From the NCBI GenBank assembly GCA_963828465.1, contig CAWHEU010000022.1:480001-544000 (forward strand): a stretch of 64,000 bases of DNA. The letters are read 5' to 3'. Made by a program: the position numbers and the translations under genes. Positions 1-10,647 of this stretch are shown here, piece by piece; position 1 is the first letter of the stretch; each line of letters starts with the position of its first letter. Under the pieces are notes generated by a model, which was not told the origin of the DNA, searched no databases, and saw only the letters and a program-made list of their open reading frames with translations. The stretch comes from an uncultured Acidobacteriota bacterium. Its GTDB lineage: Bacteria; Actinomycetota; Acidimicrobiia; Spongiisociales; ZC4RG35.

Positions 1-677
1 AGGACCGCACAAAACAGGCATTTGTCGTAAGCGGACTTGTAGCGAGCGGCCGCATCGAGGGACCTTCGCGGCTTGGGCGGAATGAATGGATAGGCGTAGA
101 TCTGGCCGTGAGGATGATGGAGGGTCACCCCGACATCGGAGCCTCGATTCTCGAACACCAGGACGTACTCGACACCAGGGATCTGGGACAGCGCTTGGGT
201 CCGATCGACTATCGAATCGGCGATCGTGCTCAGTCGGTCATCTGACAGATATGAGAAAGAAGTCTCGTGGTCGCTGCTGAAACAGATGACCTCGCATTGG
301 CCCACGCCACCGGCTACTGCGAGTAGACCGCTGTCGCTCGTGGTCTCGGGCAACGGCGTCAGTGATGGGAATCGGTTCTCGAAAACGACGACGTCATAGT
401 CGGCTGCCGGGATCTCGGTGGCGTGGCCGGGGGTGCTTGGGCAGAGCGGGCACTCGTCGAGGGGAGGGAGATGTGTTCTCTCCTGACGATGCGACGCCAC
501 TATCACCCACTCCTCCTGGAGCGGATCGAAACGCAGTTCGGGATCGATAGAGGACTCCGCCAGATCCCGTGTGTCGAGTTCCGGATGGCCATGGCTGGCT
601 CGGTCGTCGAAATAGATGAGGGCGCGGCCATCAGCGAGGCTGGTCGAAGTCTTGGCCACGGGACGAGCAGCCACCAT
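1..677 (-). CDS. galT: Galactose-1-phosphate uridylyltransferase (3' end runs off window; not in ORF track)
   Basis: Manual translation from ATG at 677: ...WVIVASHRQERTHLP..CPLCP...VVVFENRFPSL...FENRGSDVGVTLHHPHGQIYAYP (HPH catalytic motif); follows the sugar ABC genes. Confidence 0.92.
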   Translation of the reverse strand, partial: MVAARPVAKTSTSLADGRALIYFDDRASHGHPELDTRDLAESSIDPELRFDPLQEEWVIVASHRQERTHLPPLDECPLCPSTPGHATEIPAADYDVVVFENRFPSLTPLPETTSDSGLLAVAGGVGQCEVICFSSDHETSFSYLSDDRLSTIADSIVDRTQALSQIPGVEYVLVFENRGSDVGVTLHHPHGQIYAYPFIPPKPRRSLDAAARYKSAYDKCLFCAV

Positions 678-679
678 CG

Positions 680-1720
680 CTACGTGATCCTTCCGGCCCT
701 GCGGAGCTCGCGCTTGGCGAAGAGGCTTTGAGCCGACACCACGACGATAAGGAATGCGCCACTGACCACGAGCTGGTGGTAGTAGCTCAGAGTCCCGACT
801 TGGTTGATGAGATTCTCGATCACCCCGAGCAGGAGGACACCGGCAAGAGTTCCGGTCAAGCCACCCGACCCTCCCGTGAGCAGGGTCCCTCCGATGACGA
901 CCGCGGCGATGGCCTCCAACTCGAAGCCGGCTCCGATGGTCGACAGACCCGAGGAGGACCTGGCGGCGACGAGCAGACCGGCCAAACCGCCGAGGAAGCC
1001 CATAAGTGTGTAGAGGATGAGCTTGACCCTGACCACCCTCACTCCCATCAGGACTGCTGCCTCCTCGGAGCCACCGATGGCGTAGGTGGAGTGGCCGAGT
1101 CGTGTTCGGTAGAGCACCACCATCCCCAGCAGGAGCACACCCAGGGCGATCCAAGCGGGTAGGCCCACCCCCGCGAACGTGGATTGGCCGAGAGATATCA
1201 CCCACTCGCCCTCCGGGATCAGATGAGTGATATTGCCGTTGTCGGATACCTTGAATGCGAGCCCACGTGCGAAGAGCAGACCGGCCAGGGTGACGATGAA
1301 CGGCGGCATGCGGCCTCTGCTGATCAACAGCCCCTGGGTCAGGCCGATGGCGGTGCACACCGCGAGAGGAACGAGGATCGCCGGACCGGAGCCCCACCGA
1401 GCCGAGTATGCGGTCAGAACCGCCCCCAACGCCAGCATCGACCCGACAGACAGGTCGATTCCGCCGCTGATGATGACGAACGTCATGCCCACCGAGATGA
1501 TCAGGAGGAACGAGCTGGCCACGGCCATGCTGGCGAAGTTCCGGGCACTCAAGAAGGTGGTGCCAAACGCAAACGCACCCGCGGCCACCACCACGATGAG
1601 CACAGGGATGGCGGGAGTGCGTCGGAGGTAGGCCAGCGTGGCGGGCACCAGGCTCCTCGGTTCCACCTCGCCTTCCTGTGGCGGAGGCGCCGGGGGTCGG
1701 GAAAGGTCGAGTGCGCTCAC
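680..1720 (-). CDS. Sugar ABC transporter permease (YjfF-like, galactofuranose-type)
   Basis: GMTFVIISGGIDLSVG and AIAAVVIGGTLLTGG motifs; hydrophobic. Confidence 0.88.
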   Translation of the reverse strand: MSALDLSRPPAPPPQEGEVEPRSLVPATLAYLRRTPAIPVLIVVVAAGAFAFGTTFLSARNFASMAVASSFLLIISVGMTFVIISGGIDLSVGSMLALGAVLTAYSARWGSGPAILVPLAVCTAIGLTQGLLISRGRMPPFIVTLAGLLFARGLAFKVSDNGNITHLIPEGEWVISLGQSTFAGVGLPAWIALGVLLLGMVVLYRTRLGHSTYAIGGSEEAAVLMGVRVVRVKLILYTLMGFLGGLAGLLVAARSSSGLSTIGAGFELEAIAAVVIGGTLLTGGSGGLTGTLAGVLLLGVIENLINQVGTLSYYHQLVVSGAFLIVVVSAQSLFAKRELRRAGRIT

Positions 1721-2682
1721 GTGGAGCCTCGGTCCCGCTGGAAATACACCGCAGCGATGATGATCGCCGCCTGGACCATCCTCGCATCCGCGTCGGAGAG
1801 GTCATGTCGTATGAGGGTCGAGAAAACCAGTTGCATGAGGAACGCACCCGCCACGGTTCCCAGGACCCTGACCTTGCCGCCGCTCAGAGGGGTGCCCCCC
1901 ACGACGACGGCAGTGATGGCACTGAGCTCGATCAGGAGACCGACGAAGCTCGGATCGGCGGCGGCCGATCGGGCAGTGACGAGAGTCCCGGCGATTGCGG
2001 CGAAAACCGCGCAGATGACGTAGACGATGAGGACCACCCGCCGAACCGGCAGGCCGGCCCCCAACGCTGCTCGGGGGTTCCCGCCGATGGCGATAACGTT
2101 TCTGCCGAACTGGGTGCGCCTGACAATCAAGGCAGTCACCAGCGCAAGCAGTCCTGCCAGGAGAGCGGCGATCGGTACCCCCAACAGACGGTTCTGTCCG
2201 AGGGCCGCCAGGGTCGGGTCGAAGATCTCGACAAGCCGGCCGCTGGTGAAGGCGAGCGCAATGCCACGTCCGGCCACGAAAAGGCCGAGGGTGGCGATGA
2301 TGGGCTGGATGCCCAGGAAGGCCACGAGAGACCCATTGAGGAGCCCGGCCAGAACCCCGGCCACAAGCGCCATTCCGATGGCGAGCCAAGGGCTCTGTTC
2401 GACGAAGATGGCGACCATCGCTGCAGCCAGCGCCATGACTGCTCCAACTGAGAGATCGATTCCAGCGGTCCCAATGACCAGGGCCATGCCCAGAGCGACG
2501 ATCACTACCGGTGCCACTTGAACGAGCTGGAGCTGCGCATTGCGTAACGACGCGAAGTTTGGGGTTGCGATGAGGTTGAACAGCACGACGGCGCCGAGGG
2601 CCAGATAGACGCCGTTTTCGCGGATGAAACGCCAAGCTTTCTCGGAGGTGACTGCCGGCGCTGGGCTCGTGATGGCTGTCAT
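1717..2682 (-). CDS. Sugar ABC transporter permease (YtfT-like)
   Basis: GMALVIGTAGIDLSVG, AITAVVVGGTPLSGG. Confidence 0.88.
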   Translation of the reverse strand: MTAITSPAPAVTSEKAWRFIRENGVYLALGAVVLFNLIATPNFASLRNAQLQLVQVAPVVIVALGMALVIGTAGIDLSVGAVMALAAAMVAIFVEQSPWLAIGMALVAGVLAGLLNGSLVAFLGIQPIIATLGLFVAGRGIALAFTSGRLVEIFDPTLAALGQNRLLGVPIAALLAGLLALVTALIVRRTQFGRNVIAIGGNPRAALGAGLPVRRVVLIVYVICAVFAAIAGTLVTARSAAADPSFVGLLIELSAITAVVVGGTPLSGGKVRVLGTVAGAFLMQLVFSTLIRHDLSDADARMVQAAIIIAAVYFQRDRGST

Positions 2683-4229
2683 GGCGACTCCGGTCGAATG
2701 TCGGTGACAGCATGCGCGATGAGGTCCATGACCGCGTCCTCATGGATGGCCTCGCCTTGGAGCTCGCCGACGACCATTCCTTCCTTGAGGACGAAGACCC
2801 GATTCGATCCCTCGATTACATCCTCGAGTTCTGAAGAGATGAGGATGACCGCTAGACCGCCGACGGCCAGCTCGTCGATAAGGGCCTGGATCTCGGCCTT
2901 GGCCCCGACATCGATTCCCCGGGTGGGCTCGTCGAGGAGCACGACATCGGGGTCGTTGCACAGGAGGCGCGCCAGCAAGACCTTCTGCTGGTTGCCTCCG
3001 GAGAGCTCGCCGACGCTTTGATCCAGATCGGTCACCTTGATCTGAAGGCGATCGACGTACTTGCCGACGATCTCCTCCACCTTGGAGCTCGATACGAAGC
3101 CCCATTTCGCGACCGAACGGCCAGCTGCCAGGGTGATGTTGTCCTTTACTGACATGGTGGGGACGATCCCCTCGGCCTTCCGGTCTTCGGGGAGCAGGCC
3201 AACTCCCTCGGAGACGGCGGCAGCGGGGGAGCCACGCTTGAGGACGACTTGATTCACCTTGATCTCACCATCGTCGAGACGCAGCAACCCAAAGATCCCC
3301 TGAACCGTTTCACTTCGCCCTGATCCCAGGAGGCCGGCAAGCCCGACCACCTCACCAGCACGCACATCCACGCTGACATCAGAGAGGACGCGGTGACGGC
3401 TCAAGCCTGACGCGGCGAGCACCGGTTCGCCGATGCTGCGGCCCTCGATGTCGAACGCGGTCTTACCGGAGGAACGGACGTCTTGGACGTCACGGCCCAA
3501 CATTGTGGCGACGAGCTCGAGCCGGGTGATCTCGGCAACCGGTCCGGTATGGACTCTGCGACCGTCACGTAGGACGGTCACCTGATCGCACAACTCGAAT
3601 ATCTCATCGAGATCGTGACTCACGTAGAGCAGGGCGACGCCGTCGTCGCGGAGGATTCGAATCACCCGAAACAGCTGCTCGACTTCGTTGGGCTCCAGAG
3701 ACGAAGTCGGTTCATCGAGGATCACCACCTTCGCGTCGGTAGATACAGCGCGGACGATGGCGATCATCTGTTGGACGGCGACCCCGACCGAGCCGAGCGG
3801 TCGTCGTTCGTCGACAGATATGCCATATCTACGGAGAAGTCGGGCCGCATCTGCGTTCATCTTCTTGACATCGACGAGGCCGAAACCACGCATCGGCTCC
3901 CGGCCGAGGAGGAGGTTCTGGGCCACGGTCATAAACGGCTCGAGGTTGATCTCCTGGAAGGTGGTGCTGATGCCTGCCTCCCACGCTTGGCGGGGACCGG
4001 CAAATGAAACCGGCTCGCCGTCCAGGCGGAGCTCGCCCTCATCGGCGCGATACACCCCGTTGATCAGCTTGATGAGGGTCGACTTGCCGGCACCGTTCTC
4101 ACCGACGAGAGCGTGAACCTCCCCTCGGTAGATGTCTAGAGAGACCGCATCGAGGGCAATGACTCCCGGAAACCGCTTGGTGAGATCGATCGCTTGGAGC
4201 GTCGGTTCGCCACGGGTCACGGGAGTCAC
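2679..4229 (-). CDS. Sugar ABC transporter ATP-binding protein (tandem NBD, RbsA/YtfR-like)
   Basis: GENGAGKST, LSGGNQQKV, LDEPTRGIDVGAK. Confidence 0.93.
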   Translation of the reverse strand: MTPVTRGEPTLQAIDLTKRFPGVIALDAVSLDIYRGEVHALVGENGAGKSTLIKLINGVYRADEGELRLDGEPVSFAGPRQAWEAGISTTFQEINLEPFMTVAQNLLLGREPMRGFGLVDVKKMNADAARLLRRYGISVDERRPLGSVGVAVQQMIAIVRAVSTDAKVVILDEPTSSLEPNEVEQLFRVIRILRDDGVALLYVSHDLDEIFELCDQVTVLRDGRRVHTGPVAEITRLELVATMLGRDVQDVRSSGKTAFDIEGRSIGEPVLAASGLSRHRVLSDVSVDVRAGEVVGLAGLLGSGRSETVQGIFGLLRLDDGEIKVNQVVLKRGSPAAAVSEGVGLLPEDRKAEGIVPTMSVKDNITLAAGRSVAKWGFVSSSKVEEIVGKYVDRLQIKVTDLDQSVGELSGGNQQKVLLARLLCNDPDVVLLDEPTRGIDVGAKAEIQALIDELAVGGLAVILISSELEDVIEGSNRVFVLKEGMVVGELQGEAIHEDAVMDLIAHAVTDIRPESP

Positions 4230-4283
4230 CGCCCTTGTCGTCGTCGAAATTACCGGAGAGAAGTCTCGCCGCCTCGGGGATTT

Positions 4284-5453
4284 CTAGTAGGCGTTCGCCA
4301 GTTCGGCCTCGGCGTTCTCGGGGGTGTACTCCTTGTCGGAGATGATGGTCACCTCGGGAACTCCTTCCCCGTTGTAGAACAGGTCGAGAGCCCGGAAAGC
4401 GAGCGGTCCGAATCGGGGATTGGACTCGATCACACCGGAGATCCATCCGTCGATGATGCCCTGGACCGCGCCCTGGGTCCCGTCGATGGTGATGATGGCC
4501 ACATCGCCCGGGGCATACCCGGCCGCCTGCAACGCGGCCACCGCCCCAAGCGCCATCTCATCGTTGTGGGCGTAGATCGCGGTGATCTCCGGGTTGCTCG
4601 TGATGAGCTGCTCGGTCACGGTCTGGCCCATGGCCCGCTCGTAGTTGGCGGCCTGTTGTGCGACGATCTCGAGATTCGACCCTTCCGCCTCTAGCTGCTC
4701 GAGGAACCCGTTGTTGCGGTCAGTGGTGACGTTCACACCCGGGGCCCCGAGGAGAATGGCGACATTCCCTTCGTCACCGGTTACGGCCATCATGGCGTCG
4801 GCGGCCCGACGACCCTGCTCGACGAAATCGGAGCCAACCCATCCGATGAAATCGGTGCATGCGGTCTTCGTGGTCAGCTGACGATCGATCGTCATGATCG
4901 GAATGCCCGCCTCTTGGGCGTAGGTGAGCGCGGGGTCCAAGCCTTCGGAATTCAACGGCGAGATGATCAGAGCGTTCGCACCCTGATCCACCATGCTCTG
5001 AATATCCGAGATCTCCTTGTTGAGATCGGATTCGGCATTGGTGGTTATCAACTCGATCCCGAGCTTCTCGGCCTCCGAGACGATTGATTCGGTCTCCGCG
5101 ATGCGGAACGGGTTTGCCTCTCGTTCCGACTGAGCGAACCCGACCAGACCTTCGAGTAGATCGACGTGTTCGACTCCACCGTTGTAGTCCCCGTAGACGC
5201 AGGTCTCACCCTCGGTCCGGTCGACCTGCTGTGCAGCCTCGTCGGTCTCCAGACCGCCCGCCGCCGTAGTCTCCGTGGCCCCTTCAGTCGTGTCGGGTGC
5301 TGCTGTCGTAGCCGGCGCCTCAGTTGTCGCCACACTCGTGTCCGTTGCCCCCGATGTCGTGGTGTCGCCTCCCTCGGTGCCGCAGGCGGCAACGAGGAGA
5401 GCGAGAACCGTGAATAGCACCACGGTCTTCGCCATGGTTCGCTGATGTCGCAT
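4284..5453 (-). CDS. Sugar ABC substrate-binding lipoprotein (YtfQ-like)
   Basis: Lipobox LVAAC, Thr-rich linker, NPFRIAETES, YAHNDEMALGA. Confidence 0.88.
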   Translation of the reverse strand: MRHQRTMAKTVVLFTVLALLVAACGTEGGDTTTSGATDTSVATTEAPATTAAPDTTEGATETTAAGGLETDEAAQQVDRTEGETCVYGDYNGGVEHVDLLEGLVGFAQSEREANPFRIAETESIVSEAEKLGIELITTNAESDLNKEISDIQSMVDQGANALIISPLNSEGLDPALTYAQEAGIPIMTIDRQLTTKTACTDFIGWVGSDFVEQGRRAADAMMAVTGDEGNVAILLGAPGVNVTTDRNNGFLEQLEAEGSNLEIVAQQAANYERAMGQTVTEQLITSNPEITAIYAHNDEMALGAVAALQAAGYAPGDVAIITIDGTQGAVQGIIDGWISGVIESNPRFGPLAFRALDLFYNGEGVPEVTIISDKEYTPENAEAELANAY

Positions 5454-5707
5454 GGATCATCCTCCTCCGGGTCTTCATGCGTGGCGAGGCTCTACGTCCA
5501 GAAGCGAACGAGAGTTACCAATTACGATCGTTACCGTATCAACTCTGATCAACGGCGTCAACCGGGACCCACACCTTTGCGGCCCTATTCATAGGGCGAT
5601 TTCTGCCGAAGTCGTTGTAGAAGATGATCTGTGTTCAGGGTCGGGAAACTTGCTCATTTATGAACAATAGACTTCACTAACGATCAAATACGGTATAACG
5701 TGATGAC

Positions 5708-6508
5708 ATGATCCCAGCGGAACGAAGAAGGCGCATCCTTTCGAGGACGAGGGCGGCCGGAGTCGTGTCCACCCAAGCGCTGGCCGATGAGCTAGGCGTT
5801 TCTGGGCTGACGGTGCGACGCGACTTGAAGAGAATGGCTGACGAGGGTTTGCTGGTCAGGACTCGAGGTGGTGCCTCGATGAGGGACTCCATGGCCCGGG
5901 AGTTGAGCTATCTCGAGAAAACTGCCGAAGCACACGATGAGAAGATCTCAATCGCCGTGGCAGCCGCCGGGCTGATCGAGGCTGGGGATTCGATCATCAT
6001 CGGGCCCGGCACCTCGACTTTGGAACTGGCCAACCAGATAAAGCTCGTGCCCGATCTCACAGTTGTCACCAATTCCCTGCTTGTAATCGATGCCCTGATG
6101 AATGTCTCGACGATCCAAGTCGAAGCAACCGCCGGCTCGCTCCGGCGTTCCATCCGGGCCTTGGTGGGCCCTCTCACCGAAGAGAGTTTGCGGTCGCTCC
6201 GGGTGAACAAGGTCTTCATGTCGGGGAACGGGCTGTCCCGGGCCCGAGGGCTCACAACCCCGGAGGTGACCGTTGCAGCTTCGGATCGCGCCCTTGCCGG
6301 TGCAGGTGAGCGGAGAGTGGTCCTCGCCGATTACACCAAGATCGGCAAGGACACGATGTGGCAGACGATGAGTGTCGCCGACATCGACATCCTCGTCACT
6401 GACGACAAGGCTCCGGTCGCGGAGCTCGATGCTCTGCGTCGCGATGGGGTCGAAGTGATCGTGGCAAGAGTGGCGGGTCGATCCGCTGCTCGCGACGTCG
6501 ACAGTTGA
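5708..6508 (+). CDS. DeoR/GlpR-family transcriptional regulator
   Basis: HTH VSGLTVRRDL, RTRGGA, LTVVTNS; divergent from the sugar operon. Confidence 0.92.
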   Translation: MIPAERRRRILSRTRAAGVVSTQALADELGVSGLTVRRDLKRMADEGLLVRTRGGASMRDSMARELSYLEKTAEAHDEKISIAVAAAGLIEAGDSIIIGPGTSTLELANQIKLVPDLTVVTNSLLVIDALMNVSTIQVEATAGSLRRSIRALVGPLTEESLRSLRVNKVFMSGNGLSRARGLTTPEVTVAASDRALAGAGERRVVLADYTKIGKDTMWQTMSVADIDILVTDDKAPVAELDALRRDGVEVIVARVAGRSAARDVDS

Positions 6509-6552
6509 CGATTTGACCGCCGGGTCGACACATCCCTGGTCATAATCAGCCG

Positions 6553-8166
6553 ATGCCGAGGTCCACGCCTTGGTGGCGTAGCGCCGTCGTGTACCAGGTG
6601 TATCTGCGCTCCTTCGCCGATGGGAATGGCGACGGGACCGGCGACATTGCCGGCCTCCGGTCGCGTCTTCCCTACATCCGGTCGCTGGGTGTCGACGCCA
6701 TTTGGATAAACCCCTGGTACGTGTCGCCGTTGAACGACGGTGGATATGACGTCGCCGACTATCGCAGGATCGACCCCCGGTTCGGCACGCTAGAGGACGC
6801 GATCGGGCTCATTGAGGAAGCGAACGGTCTCGGGCTGCGCGGTTCTGCTGGATCTGGTGCCCAATCACACATCCTCCGAACACGCTGGTTCCAGGAGGCT
6901 ATTGCGGCCGCGCCGGGGAGTCAGGCTCGCGCCCGCTATCACTTCCGACCTGGCCGTGGCCCGGACGGTGCGCGAGCCGCCGACCGATTGGAGCAGCGAC
7001 TTCGGGGGGTCGAACCTGGAGCCGGGTCGCCGACGGTGAGTGGTATCTCCATCTGTTCGACTCCAGCCAGCCCGACCTCAATTGGGCCAACCCCGAAGTC
7101 AGGGCCGAGTTCGTCGACATCATCAGGTTCTGGCTGGATCGCGGGGCAAGTGGGTTCCGGGTCGACGTGGCCAATGGCCTGGAGAAGGCCCCGACCTACC
7201 CCGATTTCGGTGCCGTCGAGCAAGCCGAAGGGGATCCCCGGTGGGGACCTCCACCCGTACTCCGATCGTGATCCCCTCCACGAGATCGTTCGGGAATGGA
7301 GGAGTGTCGTCGACGAGTATCCCGATGCGATCCTCGTCGCCGAGGCCTGGGTCGAGAATTGGGACAGGCTGGCTCGCTATCTCCGGCCCGATGAGTACCA
7401 CCAGGCGTTCAATTTCGAGTTCATGGAGACACCGTGGGAGGAGGAGGCGATGAGGTCGGCGATCTCCATCGCAGTTCCCACCTCTGCTGCGGTGGGGGCA
7501 GTCCCGACATGGGTGCTCTCCAACCACGACATCGTGCGACAGGTCACCCGGTATGGGCTGCCTCAGACCATGGATGCCAGGGACTGGCTGCTCGATGGCG
7601 ACCGGGAGTTGTTCGATGCCGGGCTGGGCCTACGCCGGGCGAGGGCGGCGGCGCTCCTGATGCTGGGGTTGCCCGGCTCGGCATACATGTACCAGGGTGA
7701 GGAATTGGGGCTTCCCGAAGTGCACGACCTCCCCTTGGAGGTCCTGGACGATCCGACGTACACCCGCTCGGAGCAAACCATGAAAGGCCGTGATGGTTGC
7801 CGGGTCCCAATTCCGTGGACGGCCGAGGGCGCCTCCTTCGGTTTCGGGTCGGACGGGTCGTGGCTGCCCCAGCCGGCGGATTGGGGCGGGCTTTCGGTGG
7901 AATCTCAGGAGGGAGTGCCCGATTCCATGCTCGAGCTCTACCGGGATGCAATTCGGATGCGGGACCATCACCTGGCCGGATCCGAGTCCTTCGAGTGGGT
8001 CGGGGCCGGCGTCGGATGTCTTGCCTTTCAGCGGGAATCGGTCTTGGTGGTCGTCAACTTCGGGCCGAAGGCGGCCGTCATGCCCGAGGGAGAGATCCTG
8101 CTCGCGAGCTCGAGGCTCGTGGAGGACCATCTACCCCCGGACACGACAGTTTGGGTAGGCGTCTGA
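6553..8166 (+). CDS. GH13 alpha-glucosidase/oligo-1,6-glucosidase (several compensating indels at ~6840-7230)
   Basis: WWRSAVVYQVYLRSFADGNGDG, DGGYDVADY, YQGEELG; the motifs DLVPNHTS, WYLHLFDSSQPDLNW and GFRVDVA lie in shifted frames. Confidence 0.85.
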   Translation: MPRSTPWWRSAVVYQVYLRSFADGNGDGTGDIAGLRSRLPYIRSLGVDAIWINPWYVSPLNDGGYDVADYRRIDPRFGTLEDAIGLIEEANGLGLRGSAGSGAQSHILRTRWFQEAIAAAPGSQARARYHFRPGRGPDGARAADRLEQRLRGVEPGAGSPTVSGISICSTPASPTSIGPTPKSGPSSSTSSGSGWIAGQVGSGSTWPMAWRRPRPTPISVPSSKPKGIPGGDLHPYSDRDPLHEIVREWRSVVDEYPDAILVAEAWVENWDRLARYLRPDEYHQAFNFEFMETPWEEEAMRSAISIAVPTSAAVGAVPTWVLSNHDIVRQVTRYGLPQTMDARDWLLDGDRELFDAGLGLRRARAAALLMLGLPGSAYMYQGEELGLPEVHDLPLEVLDDPTYTRSEQTMKGRDGCRVPIPWTAEGASFGFGSDGSWLPQPADWGGLSVESQEGVPDSMLELYRDAIRMRDHHLAGSESFEWVGAGVGCLAFQRESVLVVVNFGPKAAVMPEGEILLASSRLVEDHLPPDTTVWVGV

Positions 8167-8188
8167 GTCCAAGGGGACTCAGACGTTT
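8160..8188. terminator. Hairpin between convergent genes (probable bidirectional terminator)
   Basis: CGTCTGAGTCC-AAGG-GGACTCAGACG perfect 11-bp stem followed by TTT. Confidence 0.65.
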
Positions 8189-8192
8189 CAGC

Positions 8193-8860
8193 TCAGGCGG
8201 TGGCGTCCCACGACGCGGTGAGGCCGCGCAGGCCGGCCGTAGCGTCGGGTGACGTGTCACCGTTGTCGCCGCGCAGAGAACGTATGTCGTCGCTCCCGTG
8301 GCGACATCCGACGCCGTCACCGCGACGGTGGCGGATTCTGGGGTTGCCGCGGTGGCCGTGGACCAGCCGCCCGCCCCAACGACGGTGCCGGTGCAGCTGT
8401 CTTGGGCCACGATCACCTGATAGGACCCTGGGGTGGCCGGCGTTGGATTGGACAGGGTCACGTGCCCGTTGAGGGTGACGTTGGCCTCAGCAGTGGCAGC
8501 GGCCTCCAGTGTGAGCAGCTCGACATACGTCGTGCCGCTTACGGTGACCGTGTCTGCTGGGTCGGTTACACCGATCCCGGTGTTTCCGTCCGTCTGGGCC
8601 AGACGACGCATGAACGCCGCCATCTGCTGCCGGGACACGTTGTCCTCGGGGCAGTACTGGGTGTTGGCCGGCGGGTTGCAGCCGATCGTGATCCCGTTCT
8701 CCTGCATCCACGCGATCGACTCGTGGAACTGGTTCGAGTCGGGCACGTCATCGAAGGAGTGGGCGGCGATCACAGCAACCGGCACCGCGATTATCAGCGC
8801 CAGAGTGGCGGCGATCGTGGTCACACGACGACGGGCGCGACCTGATTGAGTATCGGACAT
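8193..8860 (-). CDS. Secreted S-layer homology (SLH) domain protein; indel near 8265, true stop probably 8193
   Basis: Signal peptide; FDDVPDSNQFHESIAWMQENGITIGC...YCPEDNVSRQQMAAFMRRL; the shifted frame continues DNGDTSPDATAGLRGLTASWDATA*. Confidence 0.78.
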
Positions 8861-8985
8861 GGAGTATTCCTTCCTCTGTTCGCGGGTCGGGGCTTAATGG
8901 ACCTCTCGACCCTGGTCATCGCGCCGCATACCACCCGATCCACATCCTGAAACACCGTGTCAACGAACGCCGGTAACCTCGCCAG

Positions 8986-10422
8986 ATGATCGATTTCAGG
9001 CAACGGATCGGTGGCGATTGGGTAGATGCACTAGGTGGCGGGACCTGGGATCTGGTCAATCCGGCCACCGAAGAAGTAATCGAGAAGATCCCGTTTGGTG
9101 ACGGGGAGGATGCTTCAGCAGCCATCGACGCCGCCGCCGATGCCTTCCCGGCCTGGTCACACCTCACCGCATATGACCGGGGGGCGATCCTGGAGAAGGC
9201 CGCCGCCTTCGTCGAGGCCAATCTCGATGATTTCGCCCGAATCACTACCGAGGAGTCGGGCAAACCCTTGGCCCAATCGAGGGGTGAGTGGCAGACCGCC
9301 CCCAACCAGTTCCGCTGGGCGGCCGGCGAGGCACAGCGTCTCTACGGGCGCTGGATTCCCTCGCGATTGCCCAACCGGAGAATCGACGTCACCTATCAGC
9401 CCTTGGGAGTGGTAGGTGTCATCACCGCATGGAACTTCCCGGTGTACAACCAGACGAGGGCCATCTCGTCGGCGCTGGCGGCCGGATGCACGGTCGTGAG
9501 CCGCCCCTCGGAGTTCACACCCCGTTCAGCGATGCTGGTGGCTCATGCGTTCGCCGAGGCCGGGCTCCCCGAAGGTGTTCTCAACGTCATCAACGGCGAT
9601 CCCGAGCCCATGGGCCAGGTCATGCTCGACGACAAACGCTTGAAGAAGATCCAATTCACCGGATCGACCCGTGTGGGGCGGTTGCTCATGGACGGCGCCT
9701 CGAGGACGGTTACGCGGCTCTCTCTCGAGCTCGGAGGCAACGCTCCTGTGCTGGTGTTCCCCGACGCCGGTGACATCGCAGCCGTGGCCAAGAGCGCGAT
9801 GCGGACCAAGGTTCGCAACAACGGCCAGGTGTGCATCGCCCCCCAGCGGTTCTACGTGCACGACTCGGTGGTCGACGAGTTCAACGAGAGTGCTGTAGCC
9901 ACGGCTGAACAACAGGTCGTCGGCAACGGCTTGGATCCGGAAACGACAGTTGGCCCCCTGATCAACGCCCGTCAGCGCGACCGGGTTGTGGACCTCGTAT
10001 CGGCGAGTGTCGACCAGGGTGCTCGGGTGCTCACCGGTGGCGACCGCCCGGATCACGATGGCTATTTCTACAAGCCCACCGTGCTCACCGATGTGAAGCC
10101 CGGGGTGCCTGTCCATGAAGAGGAGATATTCGGGCCGGTGATGCCGGTGATCCCATTCGACGACGTCGACGATGCCATCGCCGTGGCCAACGCCACCGAT
10201 TACGGCCTGGCCGCCTACGTCTACACCCGTGACCTGGCCACCGCCTTCAAGGTGAGCGAAGCGCTCGAGTTCGGGATGATCGGGATCAACGACTGGCACC
10301 CCAGCACCCCCGAGGCGCCATTCGGCGGGGTGAAACAGTCGGGTCTGGGCCGTGAGTCGGGGCTCGAGGGCATCCACGAGTACGTCGAGCCCAAGACCAG
10401 GTACTTCGGCAACCTCGGGTGA
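8986..10422 (+). CDS. gabD: NAD(P)-dependent succinate-semialdehyde dehydrogenase-like aldehyde dehydrogenase
   Basis: ITAWNFP, FTGST, LELGGNAP, NNGQVCIA, EEIFGPV, PFGGVKQSGLGRE. Confidence 0.8.
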   Translation: MIDFRQRIGGDWVDALGGGTWDLVNPATEEVIEKIPFGDGEDASAAIDAAADAFPAWSHLTAYDRGAILEKAAAFVEANLDDFARITTEESGKPLAQSRGEWQTAPNQFRWAAGEAQRLYGRWIPSRLPNRRIDVTYQPLGVVGVITAWNFPVYNQTRAISSALAAGCTVVSRPSEFTPRSAMLVAHAFAEAGLPEGVLNVINGDPEPMGQVMLDDKRLKKIQFTGSTRVGRLLMDGASRTVTRLSLELGGNAPVLVFPDAGDIAAVAKSAMRTKVRNNGQVCIAPQRFYVHDSVVDEFNESAVATAEQQVVGNGLDPETTVGPLINARQRDRVVDLVSASVDQGARVLTGGDRPDHDGYFYKPTVLTDVKPGVPVHEEEIFGPVMPVIPFDDVDDAIAVANATDYGLAAYVYTRDLATAFKVSEALEFGMIGINDWHPSTPEAPFGGVKQSGLGRESGLEGIHEYVEPKTRYFGNLG

Positions 10423-10647
10423 TCAGGTCCTCAATGTCGGTGATAGCCGCCCGAAGCCGTTAACCTGACGTAGCCGCACCGACCGGGAGGCCAGCGCTCA
10501 GACGCTCCACGGTGATCAACGGCAGTACTTCTCATCCGGTCAGACCGCCTCTTCTGCCGATCTCGCGCCAACCCGGTCCCGGGTTCGCATCGAGGGAGAT
10601 CGCACCAACTGACCACAGCCCCGGGACACGGGGCGGAGAGAATCCAA

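Noticed and set aside
5255-5385. Repetitive Thr/Ala-rich DNA (similar tracts near 15890-16000 and 27500-27600)
   Set aside because: Low-complexity linkers of lipoproteins and membrane proteins, not DNA repeats with their own function.
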